Below, piece after piece: positions 1-13,696 of a stretch of DNA of 64,000 nt (the stretch's first letter is position 1; the number at the start of each line of letters is the position of its first letter). Location of the stretch: assembly GCA_030704615.1 (NCBI GenBank), contig CM060731.1, positions 91,016,001 through 91,080,000 of the forward strand. Direction: 5' to 3'. The translations under genes and the position numbers were made by a program. The DNA is from Takakia lepidozioides. Lineage: Eukaryota; Plantae; Bryophyta. Below the pieces are notes generated by a model. It had not been told where the DNA came from, searched no databases, and saw only the letters and a list, made by a program, of their open reading frames with translations.

Positions 1-63
1 TGTGGCATCTAGAGTATACCTTCAGCCCCAAAGCAGGACAAAGAAGGAAGAAGAGTGAAGTAC

Positions 64-1474
64 CTCCATTGGGAGGTGGTTCAGATAGAGGATTATCAAG
101 CATCCGAACTTCTTTTGGGTCGTAGTCGCGCCGCAAGCTATCACCCCCAAATTCATGTCCACCAAATACATGCAGCCCTCCATCAGAAACTGGAGAGGTG
201 TTTGCACTCCAGACAAACATGTGAAGCTCCTTAGCATCATCCTCCGTTTTGGGGGATGCCCTTGGGTCCATAATCTTCTTTGTAATTTGAGATGCCTTAG
301 GGGAATAGACTGGAGGTCCATTATTACCGTTGTTACCTGGATACAGAGTCCGGCCACTCACACTCATACCAGGAACCCCATGCGATCCTGGTCTGTGCCC
401 CACATCAAAGCCACCTCCCGAACCACCATGGTTACCTCTAGGCCCAAACATGTGCGCTCCAGTTCCTGCGTGATACATGGGTAGTGCATAGCGAGGAGAG
501 TTCATGTTCACACCTTTAGGATAAGCGTGAAGATCTTTTGAGTTCTCCTCGGTGAAATTGGAGGTTCGAGGAGTTGGACCTCTGGAGGAATGGAGAGAGT
601 AGACATCTGAAGAAGTGAAGTTCGACTGCCGAGGGCTTCTAGCACCCGACATCATGGAGTAGAATTCGTTGTGATTGAAGCTGGAATCCCGCGGAGTCAG
701 ATTTACTGAGGAATGGAGGGAGTAAATCTCAGCACCTGTCAAATTCGAAGGGCGCGGTGTCAGAGCTTTCGAGGAGGGCATGGACGTCAATCCCAGTGAC
801 CGTCCAGAACCAATGGTAGAGTTCATTCCCTGGGAATGAGTAGACACCGATCTTCGCACTTTCACATGAAGTTTGCCATCGTCTCCAATCTCAGCTTCTG
901 TTTGCACCGGTTCCCGACCATCAAGGGACATGACGTCTGAGTCCACCTTGAACGAAACAATGGAAGCTGCGGTCTCTGGAAACTGTTCCATGATTAGAAT
1001 CCGCGCAGCACGATATTCGTACATGACCAGCAAAAGCGTGTACCATATGATGCATTGCAGAACTACGGCTTGGACTGTGAGATCCCCAGGACCTGCTCCA
1101 TACATAGCAGCAAGAAGCGGAGTCCCCATGACCAAAGTATTGGGAAGAGTGGTCAGCATGAAGATAGTGATCATCCACTCCAAACTGCCCCTACGCGAGT
1201 ATCTCGCCCACAGACCTAGCACAATCAGTATTGCGACTTTGGATACAGCATCCGCAGCAATGAATCTGAAGTTCATGGCGTAGGGATTATTGCCCGAAAT
1301 GAACTGAAAGGACAGTAAAGGGACAGCAAAGATAGAGACAAATCTGTTGATACCCCCACACTGTTGAGGTGTTAAGATGTTCCACCATTTCACAGACCCG
1401 TAGGCCAAGATCATCGCCACATAAAGAGGCACCACGGCACTCAGGACATTATACAGGTCCTTTCCAGAAATCAT
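64..1474 (-). CDS. PIN: PIN-FORMED auxin efflux carrier, exon 1 (canonical long PIN; gene continues off the left edge)
   Basis: Not in the ORF track. Manual translation from ATG 1474 gives [75 protein letters not shown]...[17 protein letters not shown]...[15 protein letters not shown]...DSDVMSLDG...[25 protein letters not shown]. Likely splice donor GGAG|GTAC at 63. Confidence 0.97.
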
Positions 1475-1978
1475 GTTGTAGCTCTTGTCGCCAGAGCATT
1501 CAAGTCGTTCCGCTCAGGCTTGTGCTCTCCAAATTGGTACAACGTCAAACCATAAACTTTGGGGAAGAGGCTTATAGTTTCCTACTGGAATGGCTCTGCA
1601 GCTACAAAAATGACACTGTTTCCTCCAGATCAGAACCGCAAGTGCACAACAAAATTAAAAAAATTCAAGTCGATTGTGCCACCCACTCGTCCTGAAGAAG
1701 CTTGGTCATGTTCTTGAGATAATCTTTATCGTCAAATGCTCACCTTGGCTTCCCATACCGCAGCTCCACCATCGCCATCCTGCTCACCAGAATTCATCTC
1801 CTTCTCTGACCGAGGGCCAGCGTCGTCACATCTAGGTCCAAGGTAGTTCGAGCCTATTTATTTCACTTGGAGGCGTGGCAGCGGCAATCGGACCTCGTGG
1901 TTTCCCTCAAGACCACCTATCTACTCTATCCTCGTTTGAAACATCACCATTGTCACTACGTCTTATTCTTCAATAATG

Positions 1979-2020
1979 CTCTCTCTCTCTCTCTCTCTCA
2001 CTCCCTCCGTTCCTCTCTCT
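1979..2020. repeat. (CT)n microsatellite upstream of PIN
   Basis: ctctctctctctctctctctca...ctctctct. Confidence 0.85.
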
Positions 2021-3241
2021 CGGGTTTCTCTTCAACCAGCATTTGCCATTTTTTTTAGATAGTTTGATACATCCTGAATCATCCCAAGGTCGCTTCCGAA
2101 AATCACAGGCCTCTGATAGTGATAGTCGCCGTCCATCTTTGGATATTTTCCATAGCCCGCAACTCTGATCACCTGTCCCCCGTCTAACCGAGGAGTTGCA
2201 ATCCCGTCCTTTGAGATTGACGTCCTTCACTCTCTCCTAAGCACCTGTAAGTCTCCTGCCGACTCCTCTGATCTTCAAGCAACCAAGGAGAGAATGAAGA
2301 CTATGAACCAATTGAGGTCGTCTGCACTCGAAGATCTTAGAAAAACTCATATCCTACGACGCTACATGCAGATACACTGAGAGAGTGAGGCGCAAAAGCA
2401 CAGACACTTCACACATGAGGTCGAAAACGCTATCACAAATCAATGCTGCAGTCGTGCATCCTTTACTACCATCGACGACAAGGTAAACGTATCAAGGATG
2501 GTCCCGCCTCCTCCTGTTAGTCCCAGCAACAACGGAGCATAATCACCGGAACCAACTCCCATTCCTAGCTATCATACAAAGTGAAACCTCCTTACGAGTT
2601 GAGAAGGATAGCCAACGCACTGGCTTCTGCTCCTACATTCTCCCCCTCAACCAAACTCACAGTTGTCGACACAAACTGTATCACAAACTTCCAGCGCGAA
2701 TGGCTAAATCTCTACAGCTAGCAAACAGCCAAGTTGGAACAAGAATGCCGCTGCTCGGGGAATGCTTCCTCCATTCCTGCCCTACCAAAACCCTCTTTCC
2801 GCCACTAATCCAAGCCTATCGCACTCTCTTTCGCCCTTGCGAGCCTTTGGACAAGCTAGCGCCACAGGCAGGCACTGTAGGGAGGCGCAGGAAGAGAGGT
2901 CGGGTGCGAGCATACGGCCCCAGCTATGATGAGGGGCGGAGGGAGACGGTGTCAGACCTGTCCTCGCGCTTTGCCTGCCCTTCCCCCATCACGTATTACC
3001 CGCCGGCTAACCGGGGGGTAAGAACTAAGAACAGGGGGGTCGGGTGCTTCGCCCGCGTTACGTTTGTCACTTTCACACCGTGTAACACGATCTCCCCCCC
3101 CCCCCCGGGGCCCCACGAGGATTTTCAAGCCCATGCTGCCAACATTTTCATGTCACTTTTACATGTATTTCTTTTTTTGATTAGTGGGGACAGAGGCCCT
3201 TCAAATGGGGAGTGGCGGTCGGGCAAAGTGGCTCTTTGTTA

Positions 3242-3657
3242 GAGCATCCCCACCCTACACTGAACGGAATAGGACGGTATACAGTTTAGAAGTGGGCTGG
3301 AAACCGTCCACACCCTTGCCAATGAACGCTATATCCCATACAGGGCGGGCACTGAATGTCTCTCCGCGCCCTGAACGAGAGCGCAATGTTCAGGGCCCTG
3401 AACCTGCCCCTGAAAACAGGTTAACGTGAACACGCCCATGTCGTGTCAGCAGCTTGGCAACGACCACGCCTCCCCTGGCAATGGGAACGCCATAGGGAAA
3501 TGGGGAGCCGACCTTCGCGGGGGATAGCGTGGGCAATTCAGTGGGGAGGGTGTGCGCGAGTCGGGGCTGCCCCGCCAAAGAACCTGGTAGGGCCAGTATT
3601 GATCACGCTATCTTTGGCGTTATAGGGAGTCTTTCGGGCTCAAGGGTGGGGATGCTC
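3242..3657 (+). mobile_element. Tourist/PIF-Harbinger-like MITE
   Basis: 15-bp perfect TIRs GAGCATCCCCACCCT (3242) and AGGGTGGGGATGCTC (3643-3657). Flanks TTA/GTA resemble a TTA target duplication. Confidence 0.8.
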
Positions 3658-6378
3658 GTATGCCTGCTTTGGTCGGAGTCTTTTGTTTTCAACATAAATC
3701 TGGTATACCAGTTTCTTGTTGTTTTGGGCAGGTATCTTCACCAATTGTTCAAACGAAAAAAATGAAGTTGCTAAAGCAAGCGTAATTTATGGTGTCACCA
3801 CTTGATCCTGAAAGGTGGACCTTTATGCTATCCATGTGGTTTGAACACCCAACCAGTACTCATACAGATTGTGTCCTTACTACTGGAGTAAAAGTTGGTT
3901 GTCAGGTTGTAGCCCAGTGGTAAAGGGCACATGCATAATTTACACTTTCCTGGGGAGGAGTCATACTTTGTTTTTAACAATTTACAAAAGGAGGGGATTG
4001 TTTCTGCATCCGTGAAGAGCAACATCTGTTCATGTCCATTCATTTTTCATCCCTATGCACCCCGGTTAAGTCCGTTAACCAGGGTGAGAGGAAAAGGGAT
4101 GATGCCTCTTGAAGGAATAGTAAATTATCGATGATAGATGATAACCAACCGGTGGACTCATGCCTCGCCCACATTGCGGCTCACAAGTTTCCAAAACATA
4201 TATACTTGACATAAATAAATAAATTTCAAAGGAAAACAAACACTAAGGCAACTTAATCGACCTTAATCCCTAAGGGACGATGCGACGCGTCCATTTTCAT
4301 CCACGGTGTAACTTGCATGGATGAAGTTGGATGAAAGTCGTGTCTAAATAAGAAACCAGTCTCTCGTTGTCCTCTACACACTCTAGCAAACGGCCCATTA
4401 AAACACCAAATTGCCTACACACTAGAATTTTTTGAAGTGGGTTGGGGCCAGGAATGTGTGGTTCTGGAGGTGTCCATGGACTTTGACCACCCACGTGGCT
4501 GGTCGGAAGCGCCCGTGCAACGAGCACTGGCACCGGTGGCCAGCTACGGGTGTGTGGGTTTGCCCTGCATGCCCGCTCGCCATTGTGTGGAAAGCCACCC
4601 GCCCAAGCAAGGGTGGCAGTGCAGGGTGGCAGGCAACGAGAGACTTCGTGCGCAAATGGCATAGCCTCCTTCTCTCTCATGCGCTCCCCTGTAGCTCGAC
4701 TTCGAGCTTTGCTTGACACACATTAGGGATGTCGTGATGGCGTTTATACGTTGTGCATGGAAGGCGATTCCCCAGGCACAATCACATGCTCTGCTTGTAA
4801 CCCGGATTAGCACAGGGAAGCACCAATTTGCAGCTGCAGAAGCAATAATCGCAGCCGCTTTCACGTGGTGTTAGGCGTGAATGCTACTAATGTGTTGTGC
4901 TGGTTGTCTTCACTACCCCTGCATTGTTGCATCTTTGGTAGATATTACATGTAATGAGCCGACGGTGTACTTCAATGGTGTCTTCGCCATTTGCACATTG
5001 CTTGAAAAGATATGGGTTGCATAGGTTTGGACGCAGGTGCTCATGGCTCCCAAGCGCAAGGTGATTGAAGCACTTGAGCCACCACCTCCTCTGCTACAGT
5101 ATATTCACGCGGAAGATATCATTACAACCTAGGCTTTGGAACGACAACTCTGCACAGAACGTCAATTGAGAGAGATTTTTGGCTGTTTGAATGTAGAGTA
5201 AATGTGATGTCGCCTCCTCCTCGAGCACCTGTGCGTCGGAAAGCAAACCTGCCCCCTACTGATGTTGGTCCGCATTGTGCCATCGCACACCCTGTTCAAT
5301 GTCCATTGCGCGAGATCTCAGCCAATGTGGTTTATAGGAATGTGCACTGTAGTCCGGTTCACCATTTTGCTGAGGGTTTGGAAAATTCAATGTCTGAAGA
5401 GGGGGACACTGCCGGCATGGGTGTATATGAGGGAGATTCAGCAAAGAAAATGGACTCGGGTGATATAGATGATGAGAGTGAGAAGGTAGATGACAAGCTT
5501 GTCGATTCCTCTTTTGCAAATTTGTTTGCCCCAAAAACGTGGCAATGCAAGGAGTCTATGTTTTGTAGCGATAGATAAAACTGTACCTGTGCCTGTTATG
5601 GGCGACTTGGTATACCCGAGTATGTTTACCATATTTACTTTGTTTTGGTCACCATCAACCTTGCCTCCGATTTGCAGAGAAAGCAACAACTATGCAGCTG
5701 AATAGATTGCATGTGGTACAAGGGGGGGGGGAGGGGGGGGGTGGTTGTCTACACAAAGGGGAAGATTAGGAGGTTCAATTCCCCTCAATTTAGGTTGCGT
5801 TTTGTCATGCTAAAGTGAAGAGAGAAGGTGGCTGAGAGACAGCAGTTGGGCGGGTTGGGTAGGCGACGTGCTCACGAATGGTTCCCGGCCAAATGTAGGT
5901 TTTGATTCACAGCCCTGATAAAAACCGTGGGTTTTCACTTATGTGGCCCGCCCAAACAATGGCCGGAGAGGGCACTGGTCCGGCACCCAAATGTCTGACT
6001 TGGCAATGGCCAAAAAATTCACAAAAATCCCCATCCATGACTTTGAACTTGAATTTTTTTGGGCAGTGTACTTTGCATATCAGCTTTGCATAGAGTGACC
6101 ATTGGAATTTGGAATCCAATTAGAAGTTCTACACACTTGCTCGGAGCTTTGGGATGATTAGAGTAAATTGGGGCAATTTAGCCCCCCAAATTACACATAT
6201 AAAGCATCATCCCTACATTTTAGGTCTTCCAGTGCGAATTTTTCAGAGAGCACCTGCTGTGTGCCCCTCACTCCGAATCGAAGGGCATTCACCAAAAAAA
6301 AAAATGGAAATTAGAAAATTACCATGGTTAAACCTGTTTTTCTCATGCAATTGTCACTTGGGCTTCTATTTATGTCGG

Positions 6379-7311
6379 AAGATAATAGGAATAATGTAAG
6401 AACTTAATGCACATGTGCAACCTCTGACAGGACGGTACGCCGGTTTCCGGCATTTCAAATCTTCCCCGCCCTCTTTTGAGAGTGACATGGAGCTGAAGGA
6501 GTGTCAACTCCAGTCAAGGTTACACTGGGTTACACGACGAGGTGTGTAACTCCACTCGGGGTTACACAGAATGGAGTGTAACTCCAGTCGGTCTAACCCA
6601 CACTTGCTCTCGAAATTTGACTAAGCCCAAATGTGGCTAAGTGTAAAATGGACTACCCAGAGTTACATAAGAAATCGGGGTTACATAGGGTTACACTAGT
6701 TGGAGGGTTACATCAACCAGGGTTACACTACAAGAGCCTCCCATCAAGAATCAAACCCTGATCCTCGCCGCCTCCAATGCTATAACATTTCCATCAGGCT
6801 ACCCACCACAGCTTGCAACCCTCTCGGATTTTTAAGTATTTAATAGTGAAACTGAGGTAAGAGGGGGTGGGGAGGATTTGACACCGCTGGAGGAGCCCAG
6901 GTTGCCGGAATCCCGGCAAAAGTACTGTCAGATCACATGCGATTAAGTTCTTACATTAATCCTATTGTCTTGTACATGAAGTGGATACATTAATCCTATT
7001 GTCTTGTACATGAAGTGGAGGGTTGCATCGACCAAGGTTACACTAAGTGGAGGGTTACATTGCCAGAGCCTATCATCAAGAATTGAACCGAAAACCTTGC
7101 CACCTCCATTGCTATCACCTTACCATCACACTACCCGCCACAGCGTGCACCACATTTGGATTCATAAGTATTTAATAGTGAAACCGAGGTAATAGGGGGT
7201 GGGGAGGATTTGACAAGGGGCCCCCCCCAGGAGCCCAGGTTGCCGGAATCCGGCGAAAGTACTGTCAGATCACACGCGTCCATTAAGTTCTTACATTATT
7301 CCTATTGTCTT
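6379..7311. mobile_element. Non-autonomous TIR element with duplicated right half and tRNA-derived segments
   Basis: AATAGGAATAATGTAAGAACTTAAT (6384) is inverted at 7282-7306. About 6700-6975 is duplicated at about 7015-7311. GGTTACAC/GTGTAACT motifs recur internally. Confidence 0.65.
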
Positions 7312-8308
7312 GTCATATGTAAAAATTACAATCTCCCATTTATAGCGGTCAAATGTGCCCATGCTTTATGACGGTGTCCTTCTTCTCAGTAGGGATGAGA
7401 TTGTAAGGTTTATTTCCGTGGATGGATGGGGGTAAGAGGATACAGTTAGGATCTTCAGGATATATACAGTCTTTAGGAAAAAGTGCAAAAAGTTAGCTCG
7501 TCCTTTTAAGGGTAAGTTAAGTAGGTGAAAGAAAAAACGAAACCCCTAATTACCTCTTTCGAAGTAACCTCCCATGTATGAGGTGCGGAGCTCACTCAAG
7601 GGAAGGGGGAGAAGTCTATTAGTAAGGGGATCTGAACCCATAATCGCCTGGGTGCTCTACCCACCAACTGTATTGCTCACTTTGGGATATTGATTATGGG
7701 GGAAATCAGACTGCGAATTACTACCTCTAGAAACTGTCTGGCAATGCACGTCCATAGAAAAGGGTAAACTGCACATGGGTGCCAAATAAATAAGATAAGT
7801 GTCCCAAATCTTGGAGGGGGTTTCTTTTTAAAGGTCCAAAACAGGAAGTCCTTGGGCACTGCGAATGGGGTGGTCCAAGATTAAAAAAAAAACAGATTAG
7901 GAAGAGCCAGGTGGGTGCTATAGAACTTCAGTGGCTAATCATTATTCAATGGTTGAAGAATTACACGTAAAGTTGTTGGAGAACACAATCCTTGCATACA
8001 ACTAAACACATGTAATCATTTTCTTCTAATTCTTGGGTCCACTAGTGCTGTCAAGGAGCAGAAGTTCCCAATGAAGATTTGCGGAGTGAAGCAAAGACGG
8101 CTCTATATACTATTGCATTTAATTTTTTTAAAACAGTTGGCTGATCAATTCAAGTACGTCAATAGTCTGCAAGACTCCCTTCCGTGGCATATATTATGCC
8201 AATATTGAGGAGATTTACCTGGCGGAATTTTGGTGCCAAGATGCCACTATTGTCGATTTCGCATGTATGATTTTGCATGTAGAATCGGCCAAGGCAAAAT
8301 CGCGGTGG

Positions 8309-8454
8309 CTGCAAGGGGATGCAAACGAACTCCAGGGGATGCAAAAAAGACTCTTAACACCAGGGAACGACCGCGTCCTGTCTGCAAGGGGATGCAAACG
8401 AACTCCAGGGGATGCAAAAAAGACTCTTAACACCAGGGAACGACCGCGTCCTGT
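8309..8454. repeat. 73-bp perfect tandem duplication
   Basis: ctgcaaggggatgcaaacgaactcc...gaccgcgtcctgt occurs twice. Confidence 0.9.
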
Positions 8455-8865
8455 CCTTCTTTCCCGGGGGGGGACTAACATAGCCTGGTACGCAAAAGGC
8501 TATGTCAGTACCGCACACCCCCAGCCCCCACCACAAACAAGAAAGGGCCCTTCTCTAATACATCAACACGATGGGTGGGCCCAAAATTCACCCATATCGA
8601 GTAATATACACCTTACGCAACAATCTCTAGGGGATATACAACCCTGCGCACCTTGGTCCTTGGAACCGTCCCCCACACCTCCCAAAATTTTGAAAAATCC
8701 ACAAGTTGTTGAACTGTATGTGCAAGCCCTCCCTAACTCTACCTCTCATGCTACCCTCGATATATGTGTTGTGGGCTTGTAAATGCGGCCACACACCACC
8801 TATTGTCAATGAGGTGCGTGGGCATTGAAGTTGGACTTTGTCCAATCTCACATTAATTTAGGTGT

Positions 8866-8945
8866 GGAGAGGGAGAGAAGATTGGGCCGAAGCCTGCATA
8901 ACTAAGAGTCACTTCACCTTTTAGTTTCAGAAGTGGGCCCTAACT
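8866..8945 (-). mobile_element. Short 3'-end fragment related to the LINE at 46612-58757
   Basis: gagagaagattgggccgaagcctgcataactaagagtcacttcacc...gtgggccct resembles 46614-46694 gagagaagactctagccgaggccggcgtaactaagagccacttcacc...gtgggccct. Confidence 0.6.
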
Positions 8946-9103
8946 ATATATATATATAAGAGAAAAAGGGAAACACCACAAATCAGGCCCCTTGATAGTG
9001 AGAGGAGAAAATAACCTCTTTCATACTAACCTCGCCAAAAAGGTGTCCTATTTGGACACCGCCCAAGGGAAGGGGGAGAAGAACATAACACACCCGTCAA
9101 GAT

Positions 9104-9165
9104 GTCAGGATTTGACCCCAGAATCATTTGGGTGGCACTCAGTGTACTATCCAACTGAGCTACTG
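9104..9165 (-). repeat. tRNA-derived SINE head or tRNA pseudogene
   Basis: Minus strand has box A-like TAGCTCAGTTGG and box B-like GGGTCAAATCC. No intact cloverleaf was found. Confidence 0.5.
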
Positions 9166-9595
9166 ACTGTTGGTTATATTATTACAAATCCCACTATGTC
9201 GAGAAAATAGGGATGTCATTTTCACTCGGGATTGCTAATACTTTGGCTAGTAGCACATGAAACGCTCAAGGTGCCCATGTATCAGAATTCGATGAATATT
9301 CTCTTTTTTGTACCAACTTGATTGGTTCACCCTAAGGGACTAATATGAAGAGGTGCAAAAGTATAATGAAAGCTTCTTTTTTTGTTGGGAAGGCAGGACT
9401 AAGCAAAGGGTTTCAGGCAAAGGGTTTCAGCTGCTTTAGCACTGATACTTTCGATTTCGCTTTGAATTCGATCAAGACAGATGTCAAGAGAATATTTTGT
9501 CTTGTAATGAATGACAGATGTCAAGACAATATTTTGTCATGTAATGAATGACATCTGTTCAACTTCTTGTGAGTCCATCGAATATTACCCGCTGA

Positions 9596-10071
9596 GAATT
9601 TTGTGTGGCCTAGTCCTAATGAGGCGGAGGCTGGTCACATGATGGGCCCGCCGTCTCATTAATATAGGAGCAAACTACCTTCATGCGGGGACTCAGGAAT
9701 TTCTTGGCAATGAAATTTAAAACTACCTCCATGCAGGTAGTTTTAGGATTTTCTACATGAAGGTTGCAAAACCAAGCTGAACTACCTGCATGAGAGTAGA
9801 TACATTACTACCTCCATGAAGGTGGAGGTAGTTGCAATAAGCGCCATCGACCGGAACCACGCTTTGGGAATGGAACCCGAGAGACCTGCTTCGTTACATC
9901 ACTATCGACCTACCACCAGACCACAACCTCCACAATGTCAACAAATTGTTGTTTTTTTCATATATAAGAGAAACAGGAAAATAAGGATCGTTTTAGTGTA
10001 GTGGGGCCACTGTCAGGTTCCTGTCCCCTCTGCACCCTGCGGCCTCATTACGACGAGGCCACACAAAATTC
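9596..10071. mobile_element. MITE-like element with 30-bp inverted ends
   Basis: GAATTTTGTGTGGCCTAGTCCTAATGAGGC pairs with GCCTCATTACGACGAGGCCACACAAAATTC (2 mismatches). Internal ACTACCT(C)CATG repeats. Confidence 0.65.
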
Positions 10072-13000
10072 AGAGGCGCGTGGCACCTGGGTGATTCAGG
10101 GCTCAAATCCTGTTACAGTGATATTTATTAATGGACACTATGTGATCTTCCAAATTTTTACTATTTTCCAGATTTTAGGTATTCATAATTACTATACGGC
10201 AGGGCTTGCATGAATTCCATGCATTTGTTGTTATACCAGAAAGGGAGCGGAGTCCCATAATGTATTGCATTAAGGTGGAAAAAATAACCACCCTGGAGGC
10301 CCTGGAGGCCATAAAGGCTTAAAGGAGGGAATCACCCCGTGACCTAGACGCAGTGCAAGTTTTTCTTTTTCTTTTTCTTTTTTTTTCCACAACAAAAGAT
10401 TATTAGCCTTCTATATTATTTTTAATCCCCTGGAAAGCTAAATGTTGCTACTGGATGAAGTACGGTATTCATTCATTCATCTGGTTTTTCTTAATGTCCC
10501 CTAGCCCGATTCCGGGCCTGACAAGGGAACAAGCTCGAATACCAACAGATCATTACACATTTGAGGCCTACCTTAAAACTGCACCATTATTAAACACAAA
10601 TAAGTCATTTTTTTTCTTAATCCACTCAGCACTGAGCAGACGAAGTTCGAACAGACCTCAAGGGCCTGAATTGTGGGCTGTCGCTCCCAGGTTTCCTTTT
10701 TAAAATAATAATAATAATAATAATAGTATTAAACGCCATAGCTTTGTACGACTGCGAAGGGAGGTCAAATTCCGACAACACACAAACGTAGCGAATCCTT
10801 ATGTCGGTTTATCCGGTGATAATTCCCGGCGGAGCTGCCCCGGATTTAGGGTAGGCCGTAACGGTCTGCGCTTGCTTTTGCTGTACGGCGCATCCCGGCC
10901 TTTCCGATACTCTCTACATATCCGCTTCGCGACACTCACCAACTTGCCACTCACTAATGCCACCCTCATTATTCTTTGACTTGGCCCTCGTCACTTTCGC
11001 ACTATCTTTTTAAATTAAAAATACGTTTTCTCTAATATCCAGAGACCGACCGTCCCTGTGGGAAACTAATCATTAGTGATGGAAAAAAAAAAGTGAAGTG
11101 CCACGTGGCCAGTAAAGGAATATGGAGCCCCGATCTCGAGGCCTTGATCTGACGGAGTATATTTCTAGAGAAATTTGCGCATCTCAGGAGCCGTCGAATA
11201 CCACAAGACTGACGGCCAAGATCTTTCGATCCTGGGGCGCATCGACGGCTGAGCCAAGCGTATGCAGAGGCACTTGAAAGTTCGGTCCGCACGTGCTAAC
11301 CGCATTGATGTTGTCAGGATATCACACTTGGTGCCATCTCAGCTCTCGCAGCAGGTGGCGTTTTTTATATTGGGAAGAAAAGGTGGCAGACATTCTGCTC
11401 GCGCCGCCACCCTCCTAACCACCCTTGGTCACCAGCGCGCCCACTTAACCCACCTCTAGGTACCGCCTCGGACTCCAGAGGTGGAGTGGTCGAACCTGGG
11501 CGCAGGGAGTAATCACGGCTGACAGATATTAAGAAAACGGTCTCCGGTGAGCAGGACAGAGCAGGCGGTGCGAGCGGTTTAGAATATGCGGGCGTAAGGC
11601 TGCACTGACTACCCTGCCACTTTGTCCCTCGCTTTACTTTTACTGCTCACTAGTCCGTTTTCAGTAATCCCGCGCTGGAGCAGGGTCCAGGCCTCGGATT
11701 CCCTGCGCAGATCCCCCACCAACTCCCAAGGACTCATTATATCTCCACCCTCATTCCAATCCCATCAATATTTTGTTGGGGGGCCCATGATAGTGGGCTT
11801 TTTTTTGGTATTGGGGTACTCATTGTTTTCAGCGCAAATCTTGGGACCCTTCATTTCCGAGCCACTGTGCCGGCCTCAATGGCATATTTTCTTATACCAA
11901 CAGAGCCCGCTGCTCTGACGGGGTTCCAGCAAAAAAACCCAGAAAATGTTGGAGTAGTGAGAGTGATATGGGATAAGAAGAGCGTAGTGAAAATGAGGCA
12001 GCACGGTGCAGAGTGTGGCAGAAGGCTCAAGAATTCGAGTGAAGTCTACACCCACCCCGGGACCAGTTTCGCGCGGCTCCCTACGCTGCTGCAGAGTCGT
12101 CCGCGTATACCCCCTAAGGAGCAGCCTGGTGCACGGGATGGACATCATTGATGGCAGGACCCACATGGGTCGTGTCAGCGGCCATGGGCATGGCAGAGCC
12201 CCCAAGGATTAGGGGCGATCTAACAGGAACGTGTCGACCTTCCATTCGTTCCGATCCGTGGTTAGTGACATGAACAGTCCCGCGACCGCGAGTGGGTAAT
12301 TAGTAACCTACTGGTGAACTGGATTAGTCACTCTCCCGGTACGCGGAAATGCATATACTAACGTATAGGAGGTGGATTGGATGAAAGTCGTCAACAGGGC
12401 CCGTACGCGCAACCGACAGAGGAGAAGGCAGAAAAGCGGGCAGGTTGCTGGTCGGGTGGCCGGCCCCACCCGCGACACGTGCGAATCCGTCGCTCTCGTT
12501 CATCGTCAGGTGGTGGCTATGGCGGCGGCTGGGGCCCGGCAGCTGACAGCAGCAGCATGCATGGTGGTGCGCAGGGATTCTTTGGATCTAGCAGAGTGTC
12601 AAACATGCTGGCGTGCTGCCCCACTCTCGCTTCAGGCTGGAGGGCATTCTTGGTGCAAAAGATCTGGCAAGACTGCAAGCAGGTTCCGTCTTCGGAGGTC
12701 AGAGAGCCATAGCTCATGAGTTGGGTGACTGACTTGTGAAACAGGGATTAATGAGCATAGCTAATCTGAGGCCTAATTTTGATACGATGTAGGTTTGTGT
12801 GCAATGACTGCAGACTGATTCTGTTTAGGTGTTAATAACACGTGACACTTTAATGCCAGGAGCTAATCACGACTAATGCATTCTAGGGTTTTGTGCAACG
12901 ACCTCTAATTCAGGGGGTTATCAATACATTGTTTAACTCACAGATTTGATGCTTAGCAGGATAGCTGGCATCTTTAGTGTAGAAGCTGCCTAAATTGGGC

Positions 13001-13399
13001 AGTATTAAAAGTCGGGTTGATGGGGAGTGTCTGTAAAGACCACCGTTGTACTGGTATCAAAAAAATTCGATACCAGGCTGGTACTGGTATACATCGTGTG
13101 GACTGAATCGACGACCAGGCTTATCATGGTATACATTAGGTACGTTCAGACGTTCAGACTGACGATTAAGTTGGGGGATAAAGTACACCGGGTCTATCTC
13201 TGTTCGCATGTGTCCATGTCAGTAAGCTAACTGCTGACTGGATGTCGTCGTGGCAGGTGGCGTGGCAGAAAGTTATGCACAAAGTTAGGCCATGACTCCC
13301 TGTAACGCCAAAATGACGTGATCATTTCAGGGCCTGTTGGGTTATGTGGCGAGGCAGCCCCGACTCGCACACCCTTGTCCCTGAATTGCCCACGCTGTC

Positions 13400-13696
13400 C
13401 CTCACGCACCTCGGCTCCATTGGTAGGAAGGGGCGTGGTCGCTGCCAAAGATGCTGACACGCACCCCCTAGACATGGGCATGGTCACGTTGACTGGATTC
13501 AGAGGCATGTTCAGGCCCATACGGCGCTCGGGTTCAGGGCACAGAACGGTGCCCGCTTTTTATGGGGTATAGGGTTCAGGGCAAGGGTGTGGACGTTTCC
13601 GCCCACCTTGAAACTGTATACCCTGATATTCCGTTGGCGTGCTAGTAAAGTTCTCCAGGGCCACTGTCCCGGGTTCAGTGTAGGGTGGGGATGCTC
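13400..13696 (-). mobile_element. Partial inverted copy of the Tourist-like MITE at 3242
   Basis: Ends in GTTCAGTGTAGGGTGGGGATGCTC, the reverse complement of 3242-3265. Internal homology to 3270-3490. The other TIR was not found. Confidence 0.7.

Noticed and set aside
22-1283. Listed ORFs 22-357, 155-484, 873-1283 and 921-1178
   Set aside because: These are antisense or alternate-frame shadows of the PIN exon.
5043-5578. MAPKRK-starting acidic frame
   Set aside because: Interrupted by stops and without a diagnostic motif. It is probably a transposon relic but cannot be assigned.
12372-12719. Overlapping GC-rich ORFs
   Set aside because: No recognisable domain or splice structure; a gene cannot be supported.
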